Positions 26,091 to 37,991 of a DNA stretch of 64,000 nucleotides are shown one piece after another. Below the pieces are notes generated by a model. The model saw only the letters and a list, made by a program, of their open reading frames with translations, was not told where the DNA came from and did not search any database. Position 1 is the first letter of the stretch. Each line of letters begins with the position of its first letter. The translations under genes were made by a program, and so were the position numbers. Source of the stretch: Mobula hypostoma (lineage: Eukaryota); contig NC_086097.1 in the NCBI RefSeq assembly GCF_963921235.1, forward strand, positions 171,680,001-171,744,000, read 5' to 3'.

Positions 26091-26957
26091 AAAATCAGGA
26101 ACAGCTTAACAGTTCTTACTGAGTGGCAGCAAATGGCCAGGAAAATGGGACCAGCTCAGGAAGGACAGCTTGGTCAGTACGGATGAGTTAGGCTAAGGAA
26201 TCATTTCCCTTCTGTATAATGATGACTTGATTATAGTTATAACTCTAGTTAAACTAGGTTGTAAGTTTATTCTGGATTGTCTTTGCTTTTCTGCCAGTAC
26301 CTCTATGTACCACTGCCATGAAATGATCTGTATGGATGGCATGCAAAACAAAGTTTTCACTGTACTGTGGTACATGTGACAATCATAAACCAATTTTCCA
26401 ATTGCCAAAAAGAACTCTGGACCTTGTGTGACTCCAATTCTACATCCTCCCCCCACCAGTAGAAAAATCCTATCATGATGGACACATCAAATGCTCTCAG
26501 AACTTCACAGGGTTCAAGAAAATTACCTCACCCTCTGGCATTCTCAAACATCTATGCTTTAGTTCTTCTCAATGGTGGGTGTCATGGCCTTTCCTTTTAC
26601 TTATCAGAATATGCCACGTGCTAAGCGATTTTGAAAAAGTGCATTTAAAACAATTTTTTTCAGAGAAACAGATTCCTTTGTTCCATACATTTGTAACTTT
26701 CTTTTTCAAATGAATAGAAAGAAAGCTTTGAAGACATTTCATTTCTCAGATATTTTTTCCTCAGTGGTGTACTGTAATTTATTATTTTGAACACAAAATA
26801 GGAGGGAGGCTACTGCACGAGATCGAAGCAGTTACAGAAACTTGTAAAATTAGTCAGCTCCATCATGGGTACTAGCCTCCGTAGCATCCAAGACATCTTC
26901 AAGGAGAGGGACCTTACAAGGGTGGCGTCCATCGTTAAGGAACCCCAACACTCAGGA

Positions 26958-28820
26958 CATAGAAACATAGAAAACCTACAGCACAATACAGGCCCTTCAG
27001 CCCACAAAGCTGTGCCGAACATGTCCTTATCTTAGAACTATATAGGCCTACCTATAGCCCTCTATTTCTCTAAGCTCCACGTACCTATCCAGGAGTCTCT
27101 TAAAAGACCCTATCATTCCCGCCTCCGCCACCGCCACCGGCAGCCCATTCCACGCATTCATCTCTCCCTGCATAAAAAACTTAGCCCTGACATCTCCTCT
27201 GTACCTACTTCCAAGCACATCAAAATTATGTCCTCTCGTGCTAACCATTTCAGCCCTGAGAAAAATCCTCTGACTATCCACACAATCAATGCCTCTCATT
27301 ATCTTGTACAACTCTATCAGGGCACCTCTCATCCTTCACCGCTCCAAGGAGAAAAGCCCGAGTTCACTCAACCCATTCTCACAAGTCATGCTCCCCAATC
27401 CAAGCATCATCCTTGTAAATCTCCTCTTCACCCTTTCTATGGTTTCCACATCCTTCCTGTAGTGATGCGACCAGAATTGAGCACAGTACTCCGAGTGGGG
27501 TCTGACCAGGGTCCTATATAGATGCAACATTACCTCTCAGCTCTTAAACTCAATCCCACGGTTGATGAAGGTCAATGCACCGTATGCCTTCTTAACCACA
27601 GTCAACCTGCTTGGGGACTCAGACCCCAAGATCTCTCTGATCCTCCAAACTGCCAAGACTCTTACCATTAATACTTATATTCTGCCATCATATTTGACCT
27701 ACCAAAATGAACCACCTCACACTTATCTGGGTTGAACTCCATCTGCCACTTCTCAGCCCAGTTTGGCATCCTATCAATATCCCGCTGTAACCTCTGACAG
27801 CCCTCCACACTATCCACAACACCCCCAACGTTTGTGTCATCAGCAAATTTACTAACCCATCCCTCCATTTTCTCATCCAGGTCTTTTATAAAAATCATGA
27901 AGAGAACGGGTCCCAGAACAGATCCCTGAGACACACCACTGATTACCAACATCCATGCAGAATATGACCCATCTAGAACCACTCTTTGCTTTCTGTGGGT
28001 AAGCCAGTTCTGGATCCACAAAGCAATGTCCCCTTGGATCCCTTGCCTCAATAAGCCTTGTATGGGATGCCTTATCAAATACTTTGCTGAAATCCATATA
28101 CACTACACCTATGGCTCTACCTTCATCAATGTGCTTAATCACATCCTCAAAAAGTTCAATCAGGCTCATAAGGCACGACCTGCCTTTGACAAAGCCATGC
28201 TGACTATTCCTAATCATATTATACCTCTCCAAATGTTCATAAATCCTGCCTCTCAGGATCTTCTCCAACAACTTACCAACCACTGAAGTAAGACTCATTG
28301 GTCTATAATTTCCTGGGCTATCTCTACTCCCTTTCTTGAATAAGGGAACAACATCCGCAACCCTCCAATCCTGCAGAACCCCTCCCGTTCCCATTGATGA
28401 TGTAAAGATCATTGCCAGAGGCTCAGCAATCTCCTCCCTCGCCTGAGGTACATCCCAACCGGTCCCCATGACTTATCCAACTTGATGCTTTCCAAAAGCT
28501 CCAGCACATCCTCTTCCTTAATATCTACATGCTCAGGCTTTTCAGTCCACTGCAAATCATCCCTACAATTGCCAAGATCCTTTTCCGTAGTGAATACTGA
28601 AGCAAAGTATTCACTAAGTCCTTCTGCTATCTCCTCCGGTTCCACACGCACGTTTCCACTATCACACTTGATTGGTCCTATTCTCTCACATCTTATCCTC
28701 TTGCTGTTCACATACTTGTAAAATGCCTTGGGTTCTTTTCCATAATCCTGTCGGCCAAGGCCTTCTCATGGCCCCTTCTGGCTCTCCTAATTTCATTCTT
28801 AAGCTCCTTCCTGCTAGCCT
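26958..28820 (-). mobile_element. CR1 LINE ORF2 fragment, frameshifted with internal deletions, adjoining a Rex1 fragment at 26800-26957
   Basis: NYRPMSLTS, MDFSKVFD, QGSVLGP, KFADD and VRPHSEYC motifs. (CATAGAAA)n tail at ~26957-26975. Confidence 0.92.
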
Positions 28821-29104
28821 TTCCGGCTAAGCCCCTTCAGCAGGACTAATAGTTTTAGCCTGAAACGCCAACTGTACTCTTTTCCATAGATGCTGCCTGG
28901 TCTGCTGAGTTCCTCCAGCATTTTGTTTGTGTTGCTTGGATTTCCAGTACCTGCAGGTTTTCTCTTGTTTGCAATTTCACATTGTTTAAGTCCATGATAT
29001 TAAATCTAATTCAGCTCCTTGTTCTCAGCACATAGACTCTGATTCAACATTGTGCTGCCCTGCCTTTAGTTCCATTTTTCTGAATCATTGCTCAGTTTCA
29101 GATC

Positions 29105-29526
29105 TGTAGGAGCAAAAGGAAAGATCACTCAAGAGTTGATATTCCAAATAACGGGTGATTTACTAAAAACTGGTACGCACCAGGAGTCCAGTCACTGCTA
29201 AATCTACCTGAGCATGTATTTGTAGAGATTTCACTTTCTCAGTTGATGAGAATACCAGCAAATCTTCACTTTGATAACAGAAAAAGTTAATTAAGTAATG
29301 AACTAGGTCCTGATTACAGAATAAACTGATATTCACAGGACTAACAGTAAATTCAATTTTCTATTACAACAATGGGTGCACACTATAATATAACTTACGA
29401 TACTCCTGAACCGTCATTACTGCTACATTCCATTCCCCATGTCACTGCTTTACCTGTTACCATATTAGCACAATCCACATCTCTATTTACTCGTTACTAG
29501 CCCTCATTATTCCTTCCCATACAACA
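29105..29526 (-). repeat. ERV 3' LTR
   Basis: Shares blocks with 36496-36920 (TTCTCAGTTGATGAG, TTAATTAAGTAA, ACTAGGTCCTGATTACAGA, GTTACTAGCCCTCA). TG/CA termini. Preceded on the minus strand by PPT AAGAGGGGGA at 29528-29537. Confidence 0.88.
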
Positions 29527-29579
29527 GTCCCCCTCTTGGCCCTTGGACTGAAATGGCCAGAAGGGCCTAAAGATTAAAT

Positions 29580-32083
29580 CCCTAACAGGACCCTTGTTAA
29601 GCCTAGTAAATGACAATGCCTCTAATGTCAATTCTCTACCTGCTTTCATAGTACACACACTAAAATGGTAACGGTCATTTAAATAAACAGCTAAACAACA
29701 ACCATAATATGAGAGATAAGTCGAATCCAGGGATGGATTTCTATATTCAAACCATAATTTCAAATACTGCCCCAAAGGGTCAGGTTTTCTAGAGCCACCG
29801 TGGCTCCATTTTCATGATCTGTTATCCTTTTCTGCGGGACGTCCCATTTCTTAATGACTTCCTTAGGGAGGAGGTGATAGCAGCGTGCCACACGCACGTA
29901 GCTCTCCGGTGAAAATGATATCGTATCCATCAAATAGGGGCCATGGACAATTCTGATTTGATGGAGACAGACGTGAAAGTACAGAGGAACATCTGGAGAA
30001 ATTTCTGAAAGACCAGTTCGCTGCTGCTGTTACTGCGTGATCGAAAATCTTCCGGAGGGAAGGTCTCAAAATCCCCTGCTTTGCCTGTTGCTGGTGACCG
30101 AGACTGAGGTCGAATCGTTCGGATAGAGATGGTGCTCGGTACTCGGTGTCAGAGGGCTGATCGGAGGCTCAAATTTTTCGGACTGTGGTCGGGCATGGCA
30201 GGGAGAGTTTTTTTCCTTCTCCCGTTTGCGGGAGATGTGGGACTTTCCAGAAACTTTGAACTTTTTTACTGTGCCATGGGCTGCTCTTCATCAAGTTATG
30301 GTACTGTTGCACTGTTGTAACTATATATTATAATTATGTGGTTTTGTTAGTTTTTTCAGTCTTGGTCTGTCCTGTGTTTTGTGATATCGCACCCGAGAAA
30401 TATTGTATCATTTCTTAATGCATGCGTTACTAAATGACAATAAAAGAGGACTGCGTGTCCTCATAATCTAATCTAATCTAATCTTCTAGGATGATCTTTT
30501 CCCAATCAGCAGTAAAGTGTGGAATGGGTGGCAATTCTGTGCCACATCCTTGTGCAATTTTTTGTCTACGTCACTACCATAAACAGTAAACTGCGTCTCC
30601 AGCATTCCTGCTTAGGCAAGCTCTGCACCGCAATAGTTAATTTGGCTGAGATGTACTGGTTGCCACATTATAGCTGTTGCAATGCCCATTCTAATATGCT
30701 CTTGCTGATACTGCGATGTGGTAAGTAGATGTTCTTTATTAAAGTTAATTTCAGGAAGATTTAATTTTTTAACATCATTATGAGCAGGGAACGGTTATCA
30801 TACAGTATGTAGCAAAATCTCATTCCGTCAGGCCTCTTCTTACAATCTCCTGTGTTCATGCCCAATGATTACCCCTTTGGTGACATTGCATCAAGTTGAC
30901 CCCCATCTTCACTTGTGTAACTCGATTGCATAGGTCAGTGGGTTGCTTAGAGATATCCAAGTCCCTCAAGGTATTTTCAATATTATGCGCTCTCATGAGA
31001 GAGTACACCTGATTGTCGTATCAGAGACTGCTACAACATACGGTAGACTCCTCATTTTCGCAGTCTTTCAAGACATGATTAGTCAAGAGTGAGATCTCAA
31101 ATGTGGCTCACGGGGGCACCTTCACCCACCCATTCTTTCGATTCTTTTGGCTGGAAGTCTAACACCCAGCATCCCCCCACCCTTCTAACTGCAGAATGTC
31201 TGCCCCGACTACAGACAAAAATCAGGCAGCGTATATTGTACACTGCATCTGCATTTTGATCACGGCCTCGGATAGCATTGCTCACTCTCTCAATAACATC
31301 ATTAGTTATATATTTTAGTGGCTGCAATAACTAGATAGTTTCCAACTCCACTTCTGCCCCTTGCTTCCCTATTCTACTAACTTATCCCAAGTCACCATAG
31401 TTTTGCTTTATAATCTCCTTTAGCTTCCGCCAGAGTGAACTGATCTGCGTTTTTATTTCTACTGTATCTAAAGTATTGATTGTGGAGACCTTGCTGAGCA
31501 TCCTGCTCCTAACAACTCTACCAGGCCAGGCCCCTTTTCCTCCTTGGCCTCTCTGTCCTAAACTCACTATGAGTAACTTGCCTGTAGAGTACCAGCACAT
31601 GCCTGTAGCCTGGTACCACAATAACTCTTTCACTCCTATTATCCAACCCTATACCTATACCCCCAGTGTCCGACACTGTGGTGTTCTTTTGGTAGCAGGG
31701 ATACCTCAGTGATCGATTCCCAAACCAAGCGGCCCCGTCGCGTTACCATACGAGCTTCATTGCCGCACCTCAGTGTTTCGTGAATGGTTATGACAAGAAT
31801 AAGCACGGGATCCCCCTCTCGCGCACACCCAATCCTCACCTGGATCCCCCCACCGAGCGCTGGGCGGTTTTCAAATGTCCATTTCACAGCAGCGCATACT
31901 ATTACGTCTCTCATATCGAAAGGCATAGCCTTGGTACACCCCACAGCTGGTCATTCTTCGTTATTCCCTCGGTTTACAGTCTGCATTTTACTTGCTCTCG
32001 AGAGATAGTATCTCAAAAGAATGGCACATTCACTTATCCAAATTCTTCTGAGTGTTGTTTGTAGGGATCCCTGTTTACTGTTC
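29580..32083 (-). pseudogene. env: ERV env remnant (class I fusion protein with N-proximal cleavage site)
   Basis: RPRRKR furin site (31533-31544), then GLVELLGAG..VSTINTLDTVEIKTQISSL fusion peptide and heptad after correcting frameshifts. Cys-containing region at ~30780-30930. W-rich membrane-proximal segment and TM at ~29648-29720. Many stops. Confidence 0.75.
29868..30483 (+). mobile_element. Non-coding retroposon (LINE-tailed) inserted in the ERV env
   Basis: T-rich 3' end, AATAAA and a (TAATC)n tail at ~30464-30483. Imperfect CTTC(C)TAGG duplication at the ends. Env-like sequence resumes on both sides. Confidence 0.7.
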
Positions 32084-32110
32084 CTGTAGAAATACGTTTG
32101 CATTGTTAAA

Positions 32111-35100
32111 TCATTTCTGCCCAAGGTGTCTTTTCAGGTGGGACCAGTGTTTCCACATTGGCCGTTCCTTTGTTTCTCCTAGGGCACATATTTCTCCAGT
32201 CAAGATGGCCATACGGTCCTCCCCATCTGTGTCCTGGTTTTCTGGTACAATTTTAACCATTACCTGATCTCTCGCTTCTGGCAGGTTCCCCTTCACTTGG
32301 GCATTCTCGTGCTCCAGTCCCGCATTCTCTGTCGATCAATTACTTCCTCTTTTAGACCATGCAGATGAATGGCTAACTCCCGTACAAAGTAGATAATCCA
32401 GTCCTTACCATTGCAGCTCTACAGTCCTACTGTAATTATCCTCCAATCGTTGCATAGCCCGTCCTGTCGTTAATTTAAGAGGAATAAATCTTGTCCCACG
32501 AACAGGGCTCGCTCGTAGTTTCATCAGCACTGTTGGTAAGACCAACTTTCCCCGGCCTTCGCTAAGCTCCCTTTTAGGGTACGATTCAATTTCCCAATCA
32601 TGCCAGATCTCCGAGGTCAGTATGGAATGTGAAACTTCTATTTGACCCCTAACGACTTGATTGTCTCCGCGGTAAAACGTGACCCCTGCTCCGAATCAAG
32701 GCTGGCCAGTGTTCTCCGCCTGGGTATTACCTCCTCAGCTTGCACACGGGTTGCTGTCTTAGCGGAGCAATCCCCATATGGGAACGCTTGCAGCCACCTG
32801 GTGAACCGATCAGCAATCATCAAACAATACCATTTACCCTTGGGTTGGAGTAATGGCCCTGTGAAGTCCATCTGACGTTGTTCTCATGGATCGTTAGGCC
32901 GTGGCTGATGCCCTAGTCGGATATTAACTGCTTTACCTGTGTCACATTGGGCCCAAGTTATTACCTGCTGGCAGAATTAAGCTGTATCTCTCCCCACCAC
33001 CAGCCACAACCAGTATCTTTATAGCTGGGTTCTCATCTTATTCCACCCTATGTCAGCTAAACCGTGGTGGGTTTTAACAAATGATGTCTGATGCACTCCA
33101 GGGCTATCACACTGTCACCTTTTCACTACATCACATCTTTTTGCACTGCTCCTGTCTGTTCCCAAATCCACTATTCCTCTGAAGACGCCGTTTCCTGTAT
33201 AGCCTTTGAATCTTCCTCCTTCGCCTCCCCGATCATCGCTACCTCCACTGGGACAGGACCACATTCCTCCACAATTGCCTTAGCTGCCTGTTCAGCAAAC
33301 AGATTTCCCTTTTGCTCAGGGATGTCCACCCTTCTGTGTGGCTTAATCTTCATGACTGCCACTGTCTGGGGCAGTTCAGCAGTTTCAACTAACTCCTTCC
33401 CCATTTCTTCACAATGTATATGCCCTCCTGATGAGGTTGTATACCCACTCCCTGCACAGGCTGCCCTGTAATCATGTACTACTTCAAATGGGTGTCTACC
33501 GTCTGTGAAAATGTTCACCTTTTTTGTCCTTACCAAATATAAGGGCCTCTGTTGGCGCTTTCAGTTCTGTCACCTGTGCTGACCTGGGGCCCGGGAGTTC
33601 TCCTGGCAGTAGTTTCCCTCCATTATCTAAAACAATCCATTCTGTTCCTGGACTACCGTCATGGACCCATCTACAAAAAGGGTCAACATACTACTCCCTC
33701 TAAGGACCTTTCTCCTGTGACTGACTCCTCAGGTCCTGGCTTTAGTGACATGCACACATGCAGGGATCCACCTTGTCTTATCAAACTGGCTGGGTTAATC
33801 TAACTATGTTGCAATGGGGCGTAGGGAAGCGGACCCAAGTGTAGGACACAGGCACGGAGAGCGGGTTAGGATCCTTACGCGGACTTGAACGTTGACTTGG
33901 ACTCGGAGCCTGGACTTGGACATGACTTGAACACCGAGCGACAAAACTAAACAATGACAGACAATCCGTATCGTGGCTTGAAGCAGCAGCAAACGGCCTG
34001 CAGTACTCAGCCGTACACAAGACGACAAAAACGACAGACAATTAGTATCACGGTTCGGAGCAGCGGCAAATGGTCTGCAATACTCAGCCAGACATATCAC
34101 GACAAAACAAACAATGACAGACAATTCGTATCGCGGCTTGGAGTAGCGACAAATGGCCTGCAATCCTCAGCCGGACAAGAGACGACAAAAACCAACAACG
34201 ACAGTCCATTCATATCTCAACTCCGGGTAACATGTGAAGCGGCAAACAGCCAGCAAAACTCAGCTGGACGGCAGAGTCTCGACTCGACCCAGGAACTGCG
34301 AATGGCAGACTCTCAACTCGACTCATTCTCAATGGCTTGGAACGAGCATGGCTGCACTGCTGAGGTGACGAACCAGCAGCGAGTAGATGTAAGCCGAAGT
34401 TTTAATGCTGCCGGTTCGAATGAGGATCAGGTGCCCTAATCAAGGAGCCCAGTGGAACACGGGGAAAAGGAAATTAACTGAAATAAGGAGTCAACGGACC
34501 AGACTGTGACAAACTATCCCTTCTATCTGTACTTATTGTATGCAGGTAACAATACCGCATCCCATTTCACTTGCCTGCTGTCGGACATTGCCTGACAGCG
34601 CAATGTTCTCCAGGAGAGTGACAACGTCATGAGATGTGTGCAAGACTATTTGATTTCTAACCCATCAGAGTAATAGGTTCTGACGCTTGAACGACCCAAA
34701 TTGCATACATGCAGTCCTGGTGCTACAGGGCCCCATTTACAGAATAATATGCTATAGGCCATAGCTTGTCACCTTGTTCTTGACGTACAAGAGCTTTATA
34801 AAACTCCCTCTGGTTGTCATAAAAAAATATGGATCGATCTGTTCATTTCCGGCAAACTCAAACCCGGTACCTCAGGTAGAATTTGCTTTAGACGCGAAAT
34901 GGTTTGATCTAACTCCAGCATCCATTCCACCTGTTCTTTGCCCTGTTCCCCTCTTCTTACCAGAGCGGGTTCGAGGTTCGGCGAGCTCAGCGTAACTTTC
35001 CACAAAACTGCAACCGTAATTTAGGAGCCCTGAAGTATGACGGATTCCTTTCACTGTTTACGGGTGGGGGAGTTTAAGAATTGCTTCTTTACGTTCCTTG

Positions 35101-35800
35101 GATATTACTTTCTCACCTGTTTAATCTTGTGTCTCAAATATACAACTTCAGACTGTCCAAACTGTACCTTGGAAGGGTTTACCTTCAGTCCCGCATTTTC
35201 GATAACCTGTAACATCCTCAAAACCACTCGAATGTGCTATTTCTCTCCCGGAGATGAATATCATCCAGGTTTTACAAAATACCGCTACTAGTATCTGCCA
35301 AGGGAACATGGGCAATTATTTTAGCCACACGTCGATGGAAAATGGCGAGACTGTAATGAAAACCCAAAAGCAACTTTGTCCAAGTCTCCTGTCTCTGGAT
35401 GGCAAAAGCTAACTTATCCTATCAGGATATACTGGAATTGATCACATACCACTTGCAATATCTGAGATAGTAAAAATATCCTGTTCTGGCCTCAGGCCAT
35501 TCAAAACTTAGATGGGTTTGTCACTATAGTGACACATTTGCTCAGAGAGGTACAATCAATGGTTAGCCGGTAGGGTTGGCTTGGCTTAGGTGCTGACCAT
35601 TTTGGGGAAATTATGCGGGAAATGGTTGGCCAGATTACTCCTCTTTGTTGCAGTTCTGTGGCTATCATTACCACTACAACCTCTGCTTCAATTTTAATGG
35701 GGTACTGTCTAAGAGGTGGGTGTGATTGTCCTTCTATTCGAATGGGTGTCATCTCATCGAGGTCACAGTCCTGTTTGTGAGTGGCCCATATGTAAGGATA
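32111..35800 (-). pseudogene. pol: ERV pol remnant (RT, tether, RNase H, integrase)
   Basis: WATHKQDC..TPIRIEG..QYPIK, YRLTID, FTISDIASGM*SIP, GFHYSLAIFH, NLDD (YxDD position), GLKVNPSK. RNase H FVDGS, NIFTDG, KGNLFAEQAAK. IN MDFTGPL..DRFTRW..DSEQG, GPY, WKHWSHLK. Confidence 0.9.
33807..34511 (-). mobile_element. Solo LTR (705 bp, probably Gypsy-type) inserted in the ERV pol
   Basis: TGTTGCA...TGTGACA ends. 5-bp TSD AACTA at 33802-33806 and 34512-34516. Internal ~80-bp tandem array at ~33939-34270. Confidence 0.85.
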
Positions 35801-36474
35801 TGCTACCGAGGGCCGATACTTGTCACTTCGTCTGGAGTTGTTTTAACTTCTCTGCCGAGATCTGGAAAATGGGTCCCGCTACACTACCTCTACAGCTTCT
35901 TCAACCTTTGTGAAAAAGCATTTCTCATCATTTCGTTTGACAGTGGGTAATTCATTTAGCAACGTCTGTTCCTCCATTGCTGTAAATGGTTCTTCCACCC
36001 TGGACTCTGCTGCACTATTCCCTATTCTCTTCCAGACAACCCAGAGGAGTGCCAACTCTGAGGCACCAGCTGCATCAGCCAAATCATCCCTAGCTATATA
36101 CGTACATGTGCCTTACTAAGACTTTTGCACACTACCTTATGTCTCAAATAACGGTTTGTGAATCAATTCCCCAATTCGATTGCAACCCAAAACCACCTGG
36201 ACCCCGTCTGCCAGTTACCCAGACACCCAAAATTGGTTAGTCAATTGATTCCTCGATTCAATTGCAACCTATAGCCACCTGGACCCAGTCTGCCAGTTAT
36301 CTTTACACCTCAATCCCCTGGCCTCTGACACCAAATTCCTCAAGCTCCAAAGTCTATTTGTACCAGAACTTACAGTTGCAGTCAACTATGGGTTATACCC
36401 CAATTTAACTGGATAGCATCTCAAACACACTCACCCAACCAGGAGCCTCATAGTCGGTTGGGATCCAATGGGAG

Positions 36475-36492
36475 ATCATGCCAACTACTCCA
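36475..36492 (-). promoter_or_regulatory. ERV primer binding site for tRNA-Ser
   Basis: Minus strand reads TGGAGTAGTTGGCATGAT versus TGGCGTAGTCGGCAGGAT expected for tRNA-Ser (15/18 match), 3 nt from the LTR end. Confidence 0.8.
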
Positions 36493-36495
36493 ATT

Positions 36496-36920
36496 TGAGG
36501 AGTAAGCTGAAAGATAATGGAGTTGGTGCTCAAAATACAGGCCATTTATTAAAATCTGGAGGACCAGTCAAAACTGATCTACCCGAGCATGAATTTGGTA
36601 GGGCTTTGACATTCTCAGTTGATGAGATTACCAGTAAAATCACATTTTGATAACAGAATGGTGGTTACAGGAAGATTTAATTAAGTAACAGACTAGGTCC
36701 TGATTACAGAGACAAATGATTGCCCGCAAGTCTAACAGTAAATCCAGTTTTCTATTACAATTATTGGTGCCTGCTATTACATAATTGCTGAAACTCATGA
36801 AACTTGGAAATCATCACTGCTACTTTACATGTCTTTGCTTCTAGGCATTCTTTGTGGTTTCCTGTTACCACATTAGAACAGTTCACTAGTTACTAGCCCT
36901 CACTATTTTCCTCTACAGCA
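36496..36920 (-). repeat. ERV 5' LTR
   Basis: Diverged direct repeat of 29105-29526, immediately followed by the PBS. Confidence 0.88.
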
Positions 36921-37991
36921 CCGTCCTATTCCTCAGTTGATATAACCCCACCCCAATAGCACTAGTAATGCTGCCTGTGAGGTCATTGTTTTCAGCCAGT
37001 TGAGGGGCTGGTCCCTACGCTCTAAGAATCAAAAGTAATCCTAATCACTGGGGGCACTTAAAGAGAAAGTATTTATAATTACAAAACATCAAGGAACGGA
37101 GGACTATGGGGAATAGATGCAAAGGAGGAATTGAGATCAGCATGTATCAGCTATGATCATATTGAATGATATGACAGCCTCGAGGAACTGAATAGCCTAT
37201 TCCTGCAACCAGTTTCTTATCCTTTCTCCTGCAACATTGTCTGTGAGAGCACTCTCCTCCTTCTTCTTTTCCCACTGATGCATGGAAATTTGGAGATTAC
37301 TACCTTTCATCTCTTGCTTCTCAATCACTTTCTTAGCTCATGTAAATCTGCAGAACATCATCCCTCTAACATCAGAATGATTGGTTCTGATACGAAGCAT
37401 GACCTTAGGTTTTTATCTGCCTGTCTTCCCCAGCCACTGAATGATAGAACTTAACCTGGGCAAATATGTGGTATTATCTGATGTCAACACAGACACTCAC
37501 CATCTGACTTCCCTTTCTGAACAATCTTCTCCAGTGATAATTAATTTTTCTTTTCCATAGGAAAATGGCAAACTGGAAGGAGATTAAACTGAGTGTGATA
37601 ACGCAACAAGAGAGCTAGGAAGAGTCAAAAGGGAAGATCTATTTTTGTTGACCGAAGAACTCAGAGAATGTTTGATAGGACTAGAAGGGAGTTGCAAAAA
37701 ATTCTCACGATGCATGCTGAGGAGTTCACCATCCAAGAGGGTGGTGGATGGAAAAACTCACTGAGTCATTGTGTACATGTTAGGTTTTTCGTTGACTGTT
37801 AAATACCAGAGTTAAAAGGTATCTGGTTGAGCTCCAGAAGGCCTTGACTCCTTGGAAAGCTAAGGAAATTTGGCCTGACCCTGTTCACCCTCACCAACCT
37901 TTACACAAGTACCACTGAAAGCATCTTATTCAGATGCTTCATGGTTTCATTTGGCAACTGCGCAGCCCAAAACCACAAGAAATTGTGGAGA

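Larger units (their letters stand above)
29105..36920 (-). mobile_element. Decayed endogenous retrovirus, lokiretrovirus-like (LTR-PBS-truncated gag-pol-env-PPT-LTR)
   Basis: Direct repeats at 29105-29526 and 36496-36920, tRNA-Ser PBS, PPT, retroviral RT/RNase H/IN remnants, and an env remnant with RRKR and a TM helix. ERV status is secure; the loki-like assignment is less so (~0.6). Confidence 0.9.

Noticed and set aside
29640..35450. APOBEC-type hypermutation of the ERV (several probable TGG to TGA stops)
   Set aside because: The 3' contexts are mixed (A, C, T) and overall decay is heavy, so neutral transitions suffice without a consensus-based test.
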